Assembly: GCA_000182565.2 (NCBI GenBank) | Contig: KQ257464.1 | Source of the DNA: Spizellomyces punctatus DAOM BR117 | Lineage: Eukaryota | DNA: 64,000 nucleotides | Direction: 5' to 3' (one strand) | Shown: positions 12,567 to 23,508 of the stretch, piece after piece | Layout of the letters: each line of letters starts with the position of its first letter | How positions within the stretch are numbered: position 1 is the stretch's first letter | Made by a program: the position numbers and the translations under genes | Notes under the pieces: generated by a model | Database searches by the model: none | Seen by the model: the letters and a program-made list of their open reading frames with translations, nothing else | Told to the model about the DNA's origin: nothing

Positions 12567-14808
12567 ATGGCACAAACAGGATCAGTCGAAGAGTCTATAG
12601 TATACGAGGATACACCGCTCGGAAATTATCTCGAATGTGTGTGAGATTAGTTGAAAACAGGATTAGCTCTAGAGCCATGTGAACTGATTGCCAATGGATA
12701 GGGGTGGAGAACGAAGGAGGTGGGGCCGCCGTTTTAGAAGCTAATTCGCCAGCGGACGCCTGGGAAACAGGTCAGCCAGCTCAAACGAGGCGCTGGGCCC
12801 AGGAACTTTGGGTCTCTTTCAAGGTGCAGAGGCCTTGGGAAGTTCAATATTTGACACTTGTCTAACCAAAGTATCATTCCAGTCGCTGCATCTACCTCGT
12901 CGCTTATTCCCTTCGTTGGAATCACGCAATGCGGTCTTTGAAACATTATACAAGGAAGAGGTGTACGAATTCTTGCTGCTTCAACACCATAGTGTGGATG
13001 GAAGACTTGCCAGTTCAAGCAACAGTCGGGCAATGATGCCCAATTCCATATCCGCCGAGTTTGGTGCACTTTTGGGGCTATGGGTTCTAGGAGGGGCTAG
13101 CGCATGGGCTGGAGCAGCGATATTAGCGAGGCAAAGGGGAGGTGCTCATCTCGCGGGGGCAGCTCTCCTTGTGATGCTCTCGGTTCCTCTTGTGTGGGCA
13201 ACACGTTCCCAATGGGTTAGTCCACCACACAGAGTCAACGACATCGCAATGTCCTTACATTCCTGCCTTGCTAGGCGCGTACACGACTCGGGCTTCTACA
13301 TCGTTCCTGCCTATCAACTCTTCGTTCGTTTCTTCAGTCTTCTCACGAACTGGACAAGATCCTTCGGAAAGCCATTCGCTACGTTCAAGAGGTTGAATTG
13401 GTTTCCCGAGGGTACAGACTGTGGGTTACATCTGTTATGGTTGCAATCTGCGTCCCACGTTGTTCATTCATCACCAAATAGGAACTAGTGCCCCAGCTTT
13501 GTCTCCCATCACCCGCATTGAACAGTCGTCAAAATCTAAGCGATGCATAGCGTTGCGGACTATGATTCGACATGTCATTGACGATATTTTGAGTCGATCG
13601 CGTTCAAGTCAGGCTAGTCTTGCTTTGCTCAGCGGAAGCGCAGATCATGCTTCGTCACCTACCCCCTCCGTTCCAACCTTTGTTACCGACGATTCCGATT
13701 CATTGTCTCTGTGCAGCTTGAAGTACAACTGGCAGCTGATGCGATTGCAGAGAGTGGAACTGCTGAATGCGGTACTAGTGGTTGCGCCATTTGACCAGGT
13801 ACCAGACGTTGGATATTGTGGGCAGAGGTGGACCAAAATAAACGGTCATTTGGATCGAGTGACTGAGACTTTGCGAGCAAGTTGTCTCAGGATTTCGCAA
13901 TGCATAGAGACGGAACTGCGTAAGTGCATGACAGATTCCGTACACGCTCTCTACCGTCAGTCTAACTCGGGTTTACCAAAGGCATCCGTTCTGACGAAAT
14001 TGCAGCCGATGCAGAGGATACGCATGCTGTTGGCGCGGTAGTAAATCGCCAGCGTCACCGACAGCGAAAATATCTCGCTAGTGCTATATCCCTTGACCAG
14101 AGATTGAAGGAAATTAGGACAAAACTGCTGATATGCACGCAAGATATTGAGAGTAAGATACCGGCGTCCGCCAACGTTTAATGCAGGTCTGCTTCAGCTC
14201 AAATGTTCTAGACATGGACGATGAATTGCAGCTCGATCCAATAGCTCAGTTATTTGATTCGATCGGTCGTGATCTTGAAAACGCGTCTTGCAACTGGAAA
14301 GAAGCTCAATATAATTTACAGCACTTATTTGCTGATAGTGGTAGCAACAATGATGATGATATGCAGATGGCAACGGATCTTAAAACTGGAAGGGCAGCGT
14401 GGGACGAGCAGATATACAAGGAGCGCATAGCTGTCCACGACAGTATACCCGATGAAAACCTCCAGCAGGAAGGACCGGAGGAGCTGTATGAAGACACTGC
14501 GGAGGATATCTCCGATATCGCTCCAGCATCTAACGTAAGTAACATTTGACGCGGCATCGGCAATGTCACCTGTCATTGATCCTTGTGGCATCCCATCTAG
14601 AAATTGACCAGGGAACAACGTATTCAGCTCCAACAAGCCAAAAGACAGGTCAAGGTATGGAGGACACATATTGACGATTCGTTACCTTTTGCTAATCGTA
14701 ATGGATTTGTAGAATCATGTCAAAGTCCAACGCATCGCCAAGGATGAGATGATGTCTGAACTCAAAAATGTTCTCACACAGCGGAAACCACATGTGCAAA
14801 CTTCATGA
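12567..14808 (+). CDS. Vezatin-like protein (fungal VezA type), multi-exon
   Basis: N-terminal IVYEDTPLGNYLE, two TM segments, VQEVELVSRGYR|..PALSPITRIEQ..RCIALR, C-terminal MMSELKNVL. Confidence 0.75.
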
Positions 14809-15058
14809 AATCAGCTGTCATTGTAATACATTATTTATTTTTCAAGACCTATTTCGCTCCAGCAGTAAAAGCATAAAGCACATAATATATTTTTGATTCT
14901 CATTGGGGCCAGTATACAAAAAAGAAAAAAAAATAGCTAGGACCCTCTCAAGATTCACACTTTGCACTTGCTACCAAAGTAACGTTCTTGGTCTTGCGAT
15001 CGAGAATATCGATAGGCTGACTGACAGTTGCCATGTAAAGGTATGCGATACAGATTTC

Positions 15059-15413
15059 CTAACAGTTACACTTTCCGGCTGGGCATTTGCAAGATGCACC
15101 GCATGCGCAAGAGTGATGGGCAGCCTTTCGCTCTGCCTCACCGCAGTTGCAGGCATCGTGGGTGGCAGGGCTATAGATTATACGACTCTAAATGAGTATA
15201 CGAATGGAATGGCAAAGTGACATGCGCGACTGAAACCACGTACCACACACACTCGCTACCGCACGAGCAGTTGGCTGCGGCCCTCTGAGCGTCAGCCTTC
15301 TGCTTGACTTCTTGTCGGTTGCATGTGCACGATGCTCCGTGGGCGCCGTTGCAGCCGCATCCAACGCCGCAAGGGCAGACACCGAGGTCAGTGGGAGCAG
15401 TAGTAGAAGACAT
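15059..15413 (-). CDS. Metallothionein, 93 aa, 18 Cys (exons 15413-15244, 15170-15059)
   Basis: 73-nt GTACGT...TAG intron; MSSTTAPTDLGVCPCGVGCGCNGAHGASCTCNRQEVKQKADAQRAAANCSCGSECVCPATHDACNCGEAERKAAHHSCACGASCKCPAGKCNC; no Phe/Trp/Tyr. Confidence 0.88.
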
Positions 15414-15535
15414 GTTGGTGATGAGGAAACTTGAAGGGTTTATGGTGTGTTGAGTGTCAGGTTTCAAGGCGAGAGGCTGAAGTTGCTTGTTTGTGGAGTT
15501 GAAAGTGTGGGGGGGAAATGCTTAAAGGTCTGTCC

Positions 15536-15542
15536 TTTTATA
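15536..15542 (-). promoter_or_regulatory. TATA box of metallothionein
   Basis: TATAAAA on the minus strand about 125 nt upstream of the ATG, followed by a C/A-rich leader. Confidence 0.65.
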
Positions 15543-15884
15543 AGCCCAAAAGGCTGAGTGTGGGGAAGAAAGAGCCTTTAGAAGCGCGTGGCCCGTTCCC
15601 CCACAATCCAATTTTTGCCAACCAACTAGAATATCTCCTTCTTTTTGTGATCAGACGCGAAGTTTCTGCCAGTGGTTGAGGTGATTTCGCATTTCAACAA
15701 GGAGGCCTTTTCGCCAATTGTTTTTTTTTATTTCATATCGGTTTGGGAGCAGATGGGCATATGGTTGGATATCAAGTTTCCAAACACACAAACAACATCA
15801 CAAAACAATCACAGAACACAATCACAGAACGAGTTTGTGAACTGAACAACAGCACATGCTGTGATCATCTAAATTCTATTGAGA

Positions 15885-18775
15885 TCAAAACCCTGCCGCG
15901 CCCCCTTCTTTCCTCCAGTCGCCGGCAGCTGGAGAAATATCATTCAGAACAGGTCAATACCAACAAGTTGCATGGCCTTTACACACCTTGAATAGTTCCG
16001 TTGCGCAGGCGACGGATAGCTTCCACGCCGCTCAAGTAAAACTTTGGAGGCAACCTTGTCACCTAATGGTCAAAAAAAAATTGTTAAAACTATGACAAGG
16101 TATGACACTGACAAAGACTGCATACATTATGTCCTCTTGCTTCCAGCTCTTTGACAAGCGCATCATCATACTCATTTTCCACCGCAATCTGTAACTAGAT
16201 TAGTTAAAGCGTCCCAAATGTGATTGTAAAATTGAACCCCGTACCGTGTTTGGGAGCAACTGATGATGCGCTCTAGGCATGCTTACGGCATGTCCCGCGT
16301 CAAGACCCCAATCCAACATGTCAAAAATGGTTTGCAGCGTTGCTGTTATAATCCTGCTTCCGCCGCTGGCTCCAATAATGGCTTCCACTTGACCATCACG
16401 CTCGATTATGGTAGGAACGCTCGAGGACAGTGGTCTCTTGCGTGGTTCTGGAGATGAAAATCAACGATGGATCAAAGTAGAGCAAAATCACCGCATGTGA
16501 CACTTACGGACGTAATTATATGGCGATGGGACAAGACCAAAAGCGTTAGGTACACCGGGAATAGAAAAGTCATCCTACAAGTGTGAAACGTTGAGACGGC
16601 AGCTCTAAAAGAAGCCGCGATCTTTCCATTTACCATTTCATCATTCAAAATAATTCCAGTCTCTGGGTCCATTAATTGTCCACCAAACAACAAATTTACG
16701 GTGCAGGTCATTGACACGGCTTCCCCGTCCGGACCAAGAACAGAGACATGCATCTGGATGGCGAAAAAGGCAGATTTCACTTAGCCTTGTGGGCACCGCC
16801 TTACCGACTAACACGTCACTCACGGTTCCGTGATCTTCTTCAACGTCAAATGGAGGGTTGTAGTAGGCAGGGGGAAACGTTTTCGTCTACGATATAGCTC
16901 TCATTTAGTAACCGACCGCCAACTTTTGTTTGCGTCAATCCGCATACATCAGAGATATTCTGCCGGATTAGCCCAGCAGTCTGCTTGTCCGTAAAGTGCT
17001 CGGCGATTTCAGTGATGTTACGGAAAACCGTGTCAATTGGATCACCGTAATAACTGCGCTGCGCAAAGCCGTGTTTATAACTCTCGATGAGTCTAAGAGC
17101 AAGATTATCATAAGCAATCTGTCTTGGATGCTGCAAGACCACGAACGGGTAGCCCGCCAAGAGAAACCATACCGGTGAATGTTCGTTGGTGTCCTCCCTT
17201 CACCGCGCAAGTCATAACCCTCCATGATATTCAGGACAGACAAGAGCACCGGGCCACTTTATAAATAATCACCATGTTAGTCAAACAGCTGCAGATTGGG
17301 CACCCAATATTCGCACCTCGTAGGCGCCGGTGATGTAATAATCCGTCTGCCGTGATAATATCCAATCAACGTGTCTTGGACCTTGGCTTGATACTGCTTC
17401 ATGTCATTGAGCGTCAAGATGCCTCCATCGTCAGTGACTGTTTTTACGATGCTCTCGGCAATTTTACCCTGCAAAATGTGTAGAATACGGATCAATCAGT
17501 CTGACTTAATACCCCTTATGCGTGACAGACAAAAAGTTACCTCATAGAATACCGAAGCACCCTGCTCGGCAATCGTTTTCAGGGTAGCGCCCAATTTTTC
17601 TCGTTTGATGGTATCTCCCTTTCTCAACAGCTGCCCGTTGGGTGCAAACACATCGCGGAAGGCGGTGTTGTTGAGCATCAAATCGCCTGCCGCCTGGGAT
17701 TCCGTAATCGTCAAGGACAACACCCCACTCATAACATAAAGGAGGCATCAACTCACTTTGATACGGCTTTCCAGGGTCTGCGAGACTGTCCAGCCATTAA
17801 TGGACAGCTCAATTGAGGGTTGGAACAATGCTCTCCACGGCAATTTTCCATATCTTTTATTCATCTTGAGCCCGCATTCAGCTTGCGTCCTACAGCTGTT
17901 CAAACCTACCTTTTATGGGCAGCCTCATAACCTCGAATTTCCCCCCTTCACACAGAAGTAGGATTCAGGACAGCGCATACAGGGGTACTGGCTATAATAA
18001 ACACTTACGGGATACCAACGCCCAGTCCTCCGAACTGAGCCGATCGTGGATTTTCAACGTACATGTCCCTGGTACTCGCAGCCGGGGCTTCTTCTCTAAA
18101 ATCCACATACTTGCTCGCGCCATTCTTTTCCCTCACAACCATAAACCCTCCTCCACCAATACCACTACTGTACATATTGGTAACACCAATGCACAGCCCA
18201 GTGGCAATCGTTGCGTCCACAGCAGATCCACCTTGTCGCAAGGTGTTGGCACCAATCTCACTGCAAATTACATTTTCAGAGGATACAGCGGCATTGCGCG
18301 AAGTAATGGAACCTGGAATGAGATCTGATCGTACGTAGATGGGCTCGTAATACAGTTTGGAGGCCCTTTGATAAATAAATCCAGTATAAGGTGAAAACAG
18401 ACCTTGGTGTGAGCTACCACTCTTTCCCGCGATGTCCACAACAGCCCAGACTCCTATACCCGATCATGTTAAATCAAGGTTTTACATATAGCGCTGCTAC
18501 GACATACATACCCAGCAACAAGAGGGCAGTGAGGGCAGCGACGGTGCCGGGTCTCCCCCTTACCAGCTTCCACACCCGAGATGTCTGGGTCTGAGACCTT
18601 CCCGTCTCGCGCAAGAGAGCGCCATTCTCCGTATCATCAAGAGAATCGCGATCAATGGCAACGTACGCAGACGGGTTGGGCTCCTAAGAAAATGAGATCT
18701 GTAAGAAACCTTTGACCTCTCCAAATTCCACTTGCAAACAACGAAACTAACCTGTTGGGACGACGCTAAGGGCAT
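15885..18775 (-). CDS. Gamma-glutamyltranspeptidase (type II membrane, Ecm38/GGT1-like)
   Basis: CSEIGANTLRQGGSAVDATIA, SSGIGGGGFM, VDFREEAP, nucleophile DHGT|MHVSV, TVNLLFGG, GIILNDEM, GASGGSRII, C-terminal AAGDWRKEGGAAGF. Confidence 0.93.
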
Positions 18776-18986
18776 TTTGTGGAGCTGGCAAGGATCGTCG
18801 GTCGCCTCGTATCTTATATATATCCAAGAATTTGCGTTCAACGCTCGAAAGAAAATATCGTCACCCAGTGGGAAAAGTTAGCGATCTGGTTGGTGTGACT
18901 CATCGCACCTTTGCTTACAAAACGTGTTGATCGACGCACTCCTCAGTTCGAAATAACTGCTATTTTTCAGGACTTTTTTGAATTTG

Positions 18987-19784
18987 ATGGACGGCCCGTC
19001 CCCAACAACGGCTGCGGTCACGATTCAGCGTCATGTACGAGGATATCTTGCTCGAAGGCGTCTGGCAAAGTACAGACAATGCGCAATTATAATTCAAGCT
19101 CACGTGCGAGGCTACCTTACTCGCCTCAAGCGCAGACCTCATCTTGCCGAATGCCGACGTGCGCGAGACCTAGGACGAAAACTGCTGACGACTCGACAAA
19201 GAATCGTACAAAAGGAAAAGATAATGGGGATGGTGAGGGGCGTGGGTGATGTTCACGGTTGGGAAAGGAAGCGGAGAGAAGAGGCCGCAAAGGTGTTGCA
19301 GAGGTGGCATAAAGGTGTCCTTGCACGAAAGACTTTCCAGAGGAAAAAGCTAGAGAGGAAAAGAGAAAGTTCGAAGATGGAAAGGATAAACGTGGAAACA
19401 ATTGTAGAGGATGAAAAGGGTGAAAATGCGGACCTCAATGCGATCTATGGACAGATCCTCACACGGCTACGTGATCGGCGAAAAAACCCCCCCAGCTCAT
19501 CCGTCCAAAATCCGCCCCTGCAATCTTATACATCGACCACGACTCCAGTGCTACCTCTGGTTCGTGAAATCGATTCTTATATCACATACATTCAACGCAC
19601 AACAGCTAATATCGCCGAGGAGAACTTTGAAGTGGCAGTACACAATATGAATATACACATCCCCGTGCAGAGGATTCGGATGGAGCATTTAAAGGCTCAT
19701 AAGCGGGCAAGAGGAAGATGGTGGGAAATTCCGGACGATGACGCTGATGAGTGGGAATCAGATATGGCTGAAGCTGCCGACTAA
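18987..19784 (+). CDS. IQ calmodulin-binding motif protein, IQCB1/NPHP5 C-terminal-like, intronless
   Basis: Three IQ motifs (TIQRHVRGYLAR, IIQAHVRGYLTR, VLQRWHKGVLAR), coiled coil, C-terminal EHLKAHKRARGRWW. Confidence 0.65.
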   Translation: MDGPSPTTAAVTIQRHVRGYLARRRLAKYRQCAIIIQAHVRGYLTRLKRRPHLAECRRARDLGRKLLTTRQRIVQKEKIMGMVRGVGDVHGWERKRREEAAKVLQRWHKGVLARKTFQRKKLERKRESSKMERINVETIVEDEKGENADLNAIYGQILTRLRDRRKNPPSSSVQNPPLQSYTSTTTPVLPLVREIDSYITYIQRTTANIAEENFEVAVHNMNIHIPVQRIRMEHLKAHKRARGRWWEIPDDDADEWESDMAEAAD

Positions 19785-19960
19785 CGATGAATGCAATGTG
19801 CGGGAATGAGATATTTGGAGCACCGGTGAGGAATACAATGCCACGCTACAACCGAATTCGTTCTTCAGGAGGTACCGCAACAGTGATACATGCAAATGGA
19901 CAGACACACCCCAGAATATATAAAAGTATGTACACGATCGATGCATCTCCAAAAAGCTGT

Positions 19961-20690
19961 CTAGTATTTATATTTCGTTGAGTAATCCTTGGGGGACACG
20001 ACCAAACCTCGTCCTTTTCTTGCACCGCGATACACTGTCTCTGTACGTAGATAACATTATAAATCGGATGTCCAACCTTTATATTCGAGAAAATCATCAA
20101 CCACTGTTACCACTTACCAACAATATCCACCATTTCCTGCTTATCCTCCAATGCCCAGTTGATCTTGTTATTATTACCAGTACCCAAATCGATCATTATA
20201 TGTTTGTTTCGGTAGAAAAACATGACTGTACATGGATCGTATAATTCATACATTTTGTTGAAATCTGCAGAGGACGGGGCTTGAGTGATAGATCCCGACC
20301 GAAATGGCTGACAGGATACTACGTACCAGGGACTTCGGTGATATCTACTAGGTATATTACGGCAAAGTTCTTAACTTTCTCGGCTATAGCGTAGAGTACT
20401 TCGTCCATTTTCATACAAGTTGGATCCTGCATGAGTCGAGCAGGTGAACATTTTGTGCTACTGTCCATGGTGCGCCAGCACTCTATGTTGTCTTGCCAAG
20501 GGTACCTCCCATATACTCACCCAATCGTGCCCAAATCGAACCACGACCACTCGTTCCTCTTCGTTGAGGATAGCTTGGTCGACATGCCAACCAGAGTGCA
20601 AATGCGGAAGGAAATAACTGACGAAAGAGCAAGATCAGAATGTGTCCAGAGCTCCCAGAGGATTGTGAAGACTCCGCTCACTTACGACAT
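19961..20690 (-). CDS. DIB1: U5 snRNP thioredoxin-like protein Dib1/Dim1/TXNL4A
   Basis: Spliced MSYFLPHLHSGWHVDQAIL...RFGHDW|DPTCMKMDE...NKHIMIDLGTGNNNKINW...RGARKGRGLVVSPKDYSTKYKY. Confidence 0.96.
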
Positions 20691-20970
20691 GATGGACTGT
20701 CTCTGGTTATCTCAGTTCACAAAGTTGCGTGGTCAAAGTACCATTCAGAGGTGGGCCAGAGATCAATGTGCACAGTTGGGTGTGTCCAAAGCAGCGTGGC
20801 GCAGCGCACGATTCCATCGCGTTCCTGCTCCATGTAGTCAAGAAGACAGTATGGATATTGTATTGTGAAAATACGCAACCCTGCTCATGCGTTATAACCA
20901 TGTAACAAGTGTCCCAATCTTACAAAGTAAATAAGCTGAAAACAAGAAATCCTTCATCTATTATTGGTCC

Positions 20971-21619
20971 TCAGAGATTAGTTGGCTGCGAGGATCCTGT
21001 TGTCTTGCTCATATCTTTATTAGCAGCCGTGTACTCTGAATCTTGAAAACTTTGTTCGACAGGCTCCGCTTTGCACCTGCTTTGGGAGGAAGCCAACGCA
21101 TAGAGGGAAATAACAGCACAGTCGTTATACGGGCCCAACGATCATGTAAACATTAAGGGCAGCATGACATACTCTGGATTCTTTTGAGCACGCTGGACTA
21201 GTTCCTGAGCGACATCAGATGACCGATGTGAATTGATGTAGCATTGAATGTGGCCAGAGGAGTACTGAAAGCGGGGCTGTGTGGCGGGTCCTTGACTCTC
21301 GCTTTTATTCAGAATATCTTTCAAGTCGGAAACTGTGAATAACTGATGTTTGAGTTTCTGAGCAAGAGTTTGGAGCATACTGCGGAAGAGAGCAGATACC
21401 TTTTATTTTGTAACTTGAATCAGTGTACCCGCTGCTTCCCATCTCTTGGTTAGCCTTTAGGTCGACGGTAATAGTATCATTTGGGTTTGCAGTGGCATTC
21501 AACTTCTCCGAAAGCTCTGCCGCTGAAAGACGATTTGCGTTTGTGTGAGTGGTGCGGACAAGGATAGCACGGAGCGTCGTTGAGCGCATGTTAAGACGGC
21601 AGGCAGAGAATCGAAGCAT
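20971..21619 (-). CDS. Hypothetical protein with mitochondrial presequence-like N-terminus, 3 exons; possibly degenerate rhodanese-like
   Basis: Arg/Ser/Thr-rich, acid-free N-terminus MLRFSACRLNMRSTTLRAILVR; two phase-consistent GT-AG introns. Confidence 0.55.
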
Positions 21620-22048
21620 ATCTTGTGGTTCAATCAGTGAAAGTTGTGTCGTTGAATGTGGATGTGTGCAAAGGACGATCAAGAGCAGCAAGTCGTCGTT
21701 GAAGGCCAGTGATGTCATTGAAACGCGTCCCGTCAGCAATAGAACACGTGATGTCGCCACCATAGCCACACATTATTTTTTTTTGCTGACTGTCCCCGGG
21801 TATAAAAGGCGTGCCTTGTCCATCTTGTCGTTCTTTAGGAAGAAAACTTACCCTTCAAAAGCACCGTCCGCAAGGTGACTTTTGCTTCGGCAAAGGACAG
21901 TCATCCGATGATGCAGGCGAGTCGTCCAGGGTAAAGAAGAGGGACGGCGTTAAGAAACGGGTGCCATGCTGGAGTTGTACGGCCCGCTCCTTTGGATGGT
22001 CGGTGAAATGCAATGGCAATTTCTTGACGTACATTTGAGCTAGCTTTT

Positions 22049-23176
22049 CTATTCATGTACATAAATGAGTGAATGTCCATATCCGCAACCAACGAGCGTT
22101 ACGCCTCTATCTCTGACAACAGTGGGTTCTGTGATGTCCGTTGTGCTGCCGACTCCGCAATTGCCGTGTTCATTCCAACCCCACGCCATACAACGTCCTT
22201 CCTGATTGATCGCAATGCCATGTTCAGATCCACACGCAACATGGGTTGAATCTTGGAGAGCTCGGCCCCCTCGCGACAGTATTTCATCATTTGCCTCTGA
22301 GAGCTGGTTGTGGTCGTTGCGTCCCCATATGAAAACCCGTCCAGACCTACATCTGATACCTGTAAAGCTCCATCCGCAGAAAAGTTCAATGGGAAGGGAG
22401 TCTGCAGGTAACGAGATGGGGATTGGTATCCGCGTTTCAGGCATTGTATCCGGTGAATGGCCCAACTGTGCATGACGGTTTCGGCCGAGGCCCAGCAGTC
22501 GGCCGTCTCGGGTGAGCAGAATACTGTGGTGCTGGCCACAGGAAATATCGCTACATGGCGGTACATTGAGACGTGCCGGGTAGTACACTGACGGTGCACG
22601 TTTGCGCGGGAAATTTCCCTTCCCATTAATGGTCTCGGGCTTGCTGATCTCGCCAAGTTCGCCATATTTATTTGCACCCCAGCCCCACACTTGTTGGTCT
22701 CGAGTCAATATCAACGAATACCGCATTCCTGCCGCAATCTTCTCCACTGCGGTCCCTATGTCCAATCGCATAGGCCGATCCACCTGTTTCGTATCCACTC
22801 CCAATCCCAACTGTCCAAACTCGTTCGACCCAAAGACATACAGGTCTCCATCACTTGTTAGTGCGAGCGTATGGTCCCATCCACAAGCCACATATCGGAA
22901 GACTGGAGAGGGGAAGACGATAGGGATCGCCACGGGTGAAAACGTATGCAACTCCCTTGTTCCAGGGATCCCCAACTGTCCGCGGTCATTGGCACCTGCT
23001 GCAAGAAGACTCCCATCTGCCGTTACAATGACAGAATGGTTCGCACCTCCTGCGAGACAAAGAGGTGAAGTTGTAAGTGAGTTGGGTACCAAGCAAGTTG
23101 TTGGGACGCTCGCATCGTCCGTCGCACCGGTTCCGAGTTGGCCGTGGGCATTCGAGCCGAATGCTAACAGGAGCAT
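22049..23176 (-). CDS. RCC1-repeat protein, Ats1/Kti13/SERGEF-like, intronless
   Basis: Seven RCC1 repeats (FGSNAHGQLG, VACGWDHTL, WGWNEHGNCG, GCGYGHS). Confidence 0.85.
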   Translation of the reverse strand: MLLLAFGSNAHGQLGTGATDDASVPTTCLVPNSLTTSPLCLAGGANHSVIVTADGSLLAAGANDRGQLGIPGTRELHTFSPVAIPIVFPSPVFRYVACGWDHTLALTSDGDLYVFGSNEFGQLGLGVDTKQVDRPMRLDIGTAVEKIAAGMRYSLILTRDQQVWGWGANKYGELGEISKPETINGKGNFPRKRAPSVYYPARLNVPPCSDISCGQHHSILLTRDGRLLGLGRNRHAQLGHSPDTMPETRIPIPISLPADSLPIELFCGWSFTGIRCRSGRVFIWGRNDHNQLSEANDEILSRGGRALQDSTHVACGSEHGIAINQEGRCMAWGWNEHGNCGVGSTTDITEPTVVRDRGVTLVGCGYGHSLIYVHE

Positions 23177-23508
23177 TGTGCACCTCCTGATCACACCGAT
23201 AATATGCAGCTAAGCCGCTTCTCCCAACCTCTCAGCACCCAAGAACGCGACACATCATTGACGCGATCTGTTACTGGAATGAAGGAACGAAGGAAGTCGG
23301 AACAAAACCAATGGCCGAAGCGTTTGGTTTGCAGACTTGTGGTTGGGATCGGAGGTCACGGGACGCTTATCTAAGCGACGCGCTACTGAACACCGTCGCG
23401 CTGCCCTCTGACAGCGAGCAGATCTCCTTCTGCTGAATCGCACAGAGTTTGCATTAAGATATTATCTCGACCCAGTGTGAGCAAAACTGCCTCAACTGTG
23501 TGCCCACT

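Noticed and set aside
21790-21990. U5 (GCCTTTTAT on minus), U1 (ACTTACC) or U12 (GGGTAAAG, GGAGTTG..GCCCG) snRNA
   Set aside because: The U5-like loop has no flanking stem, U1 protein-binding loops are absent, and the U12 GTAAGGA and CTACTTT elements are absent
23177-23508. RFX X-box in the dynein promoter
   Set aside because: Only weak half-site-like sequences; no GTTRCC-N(0-3)-RGYAAC match
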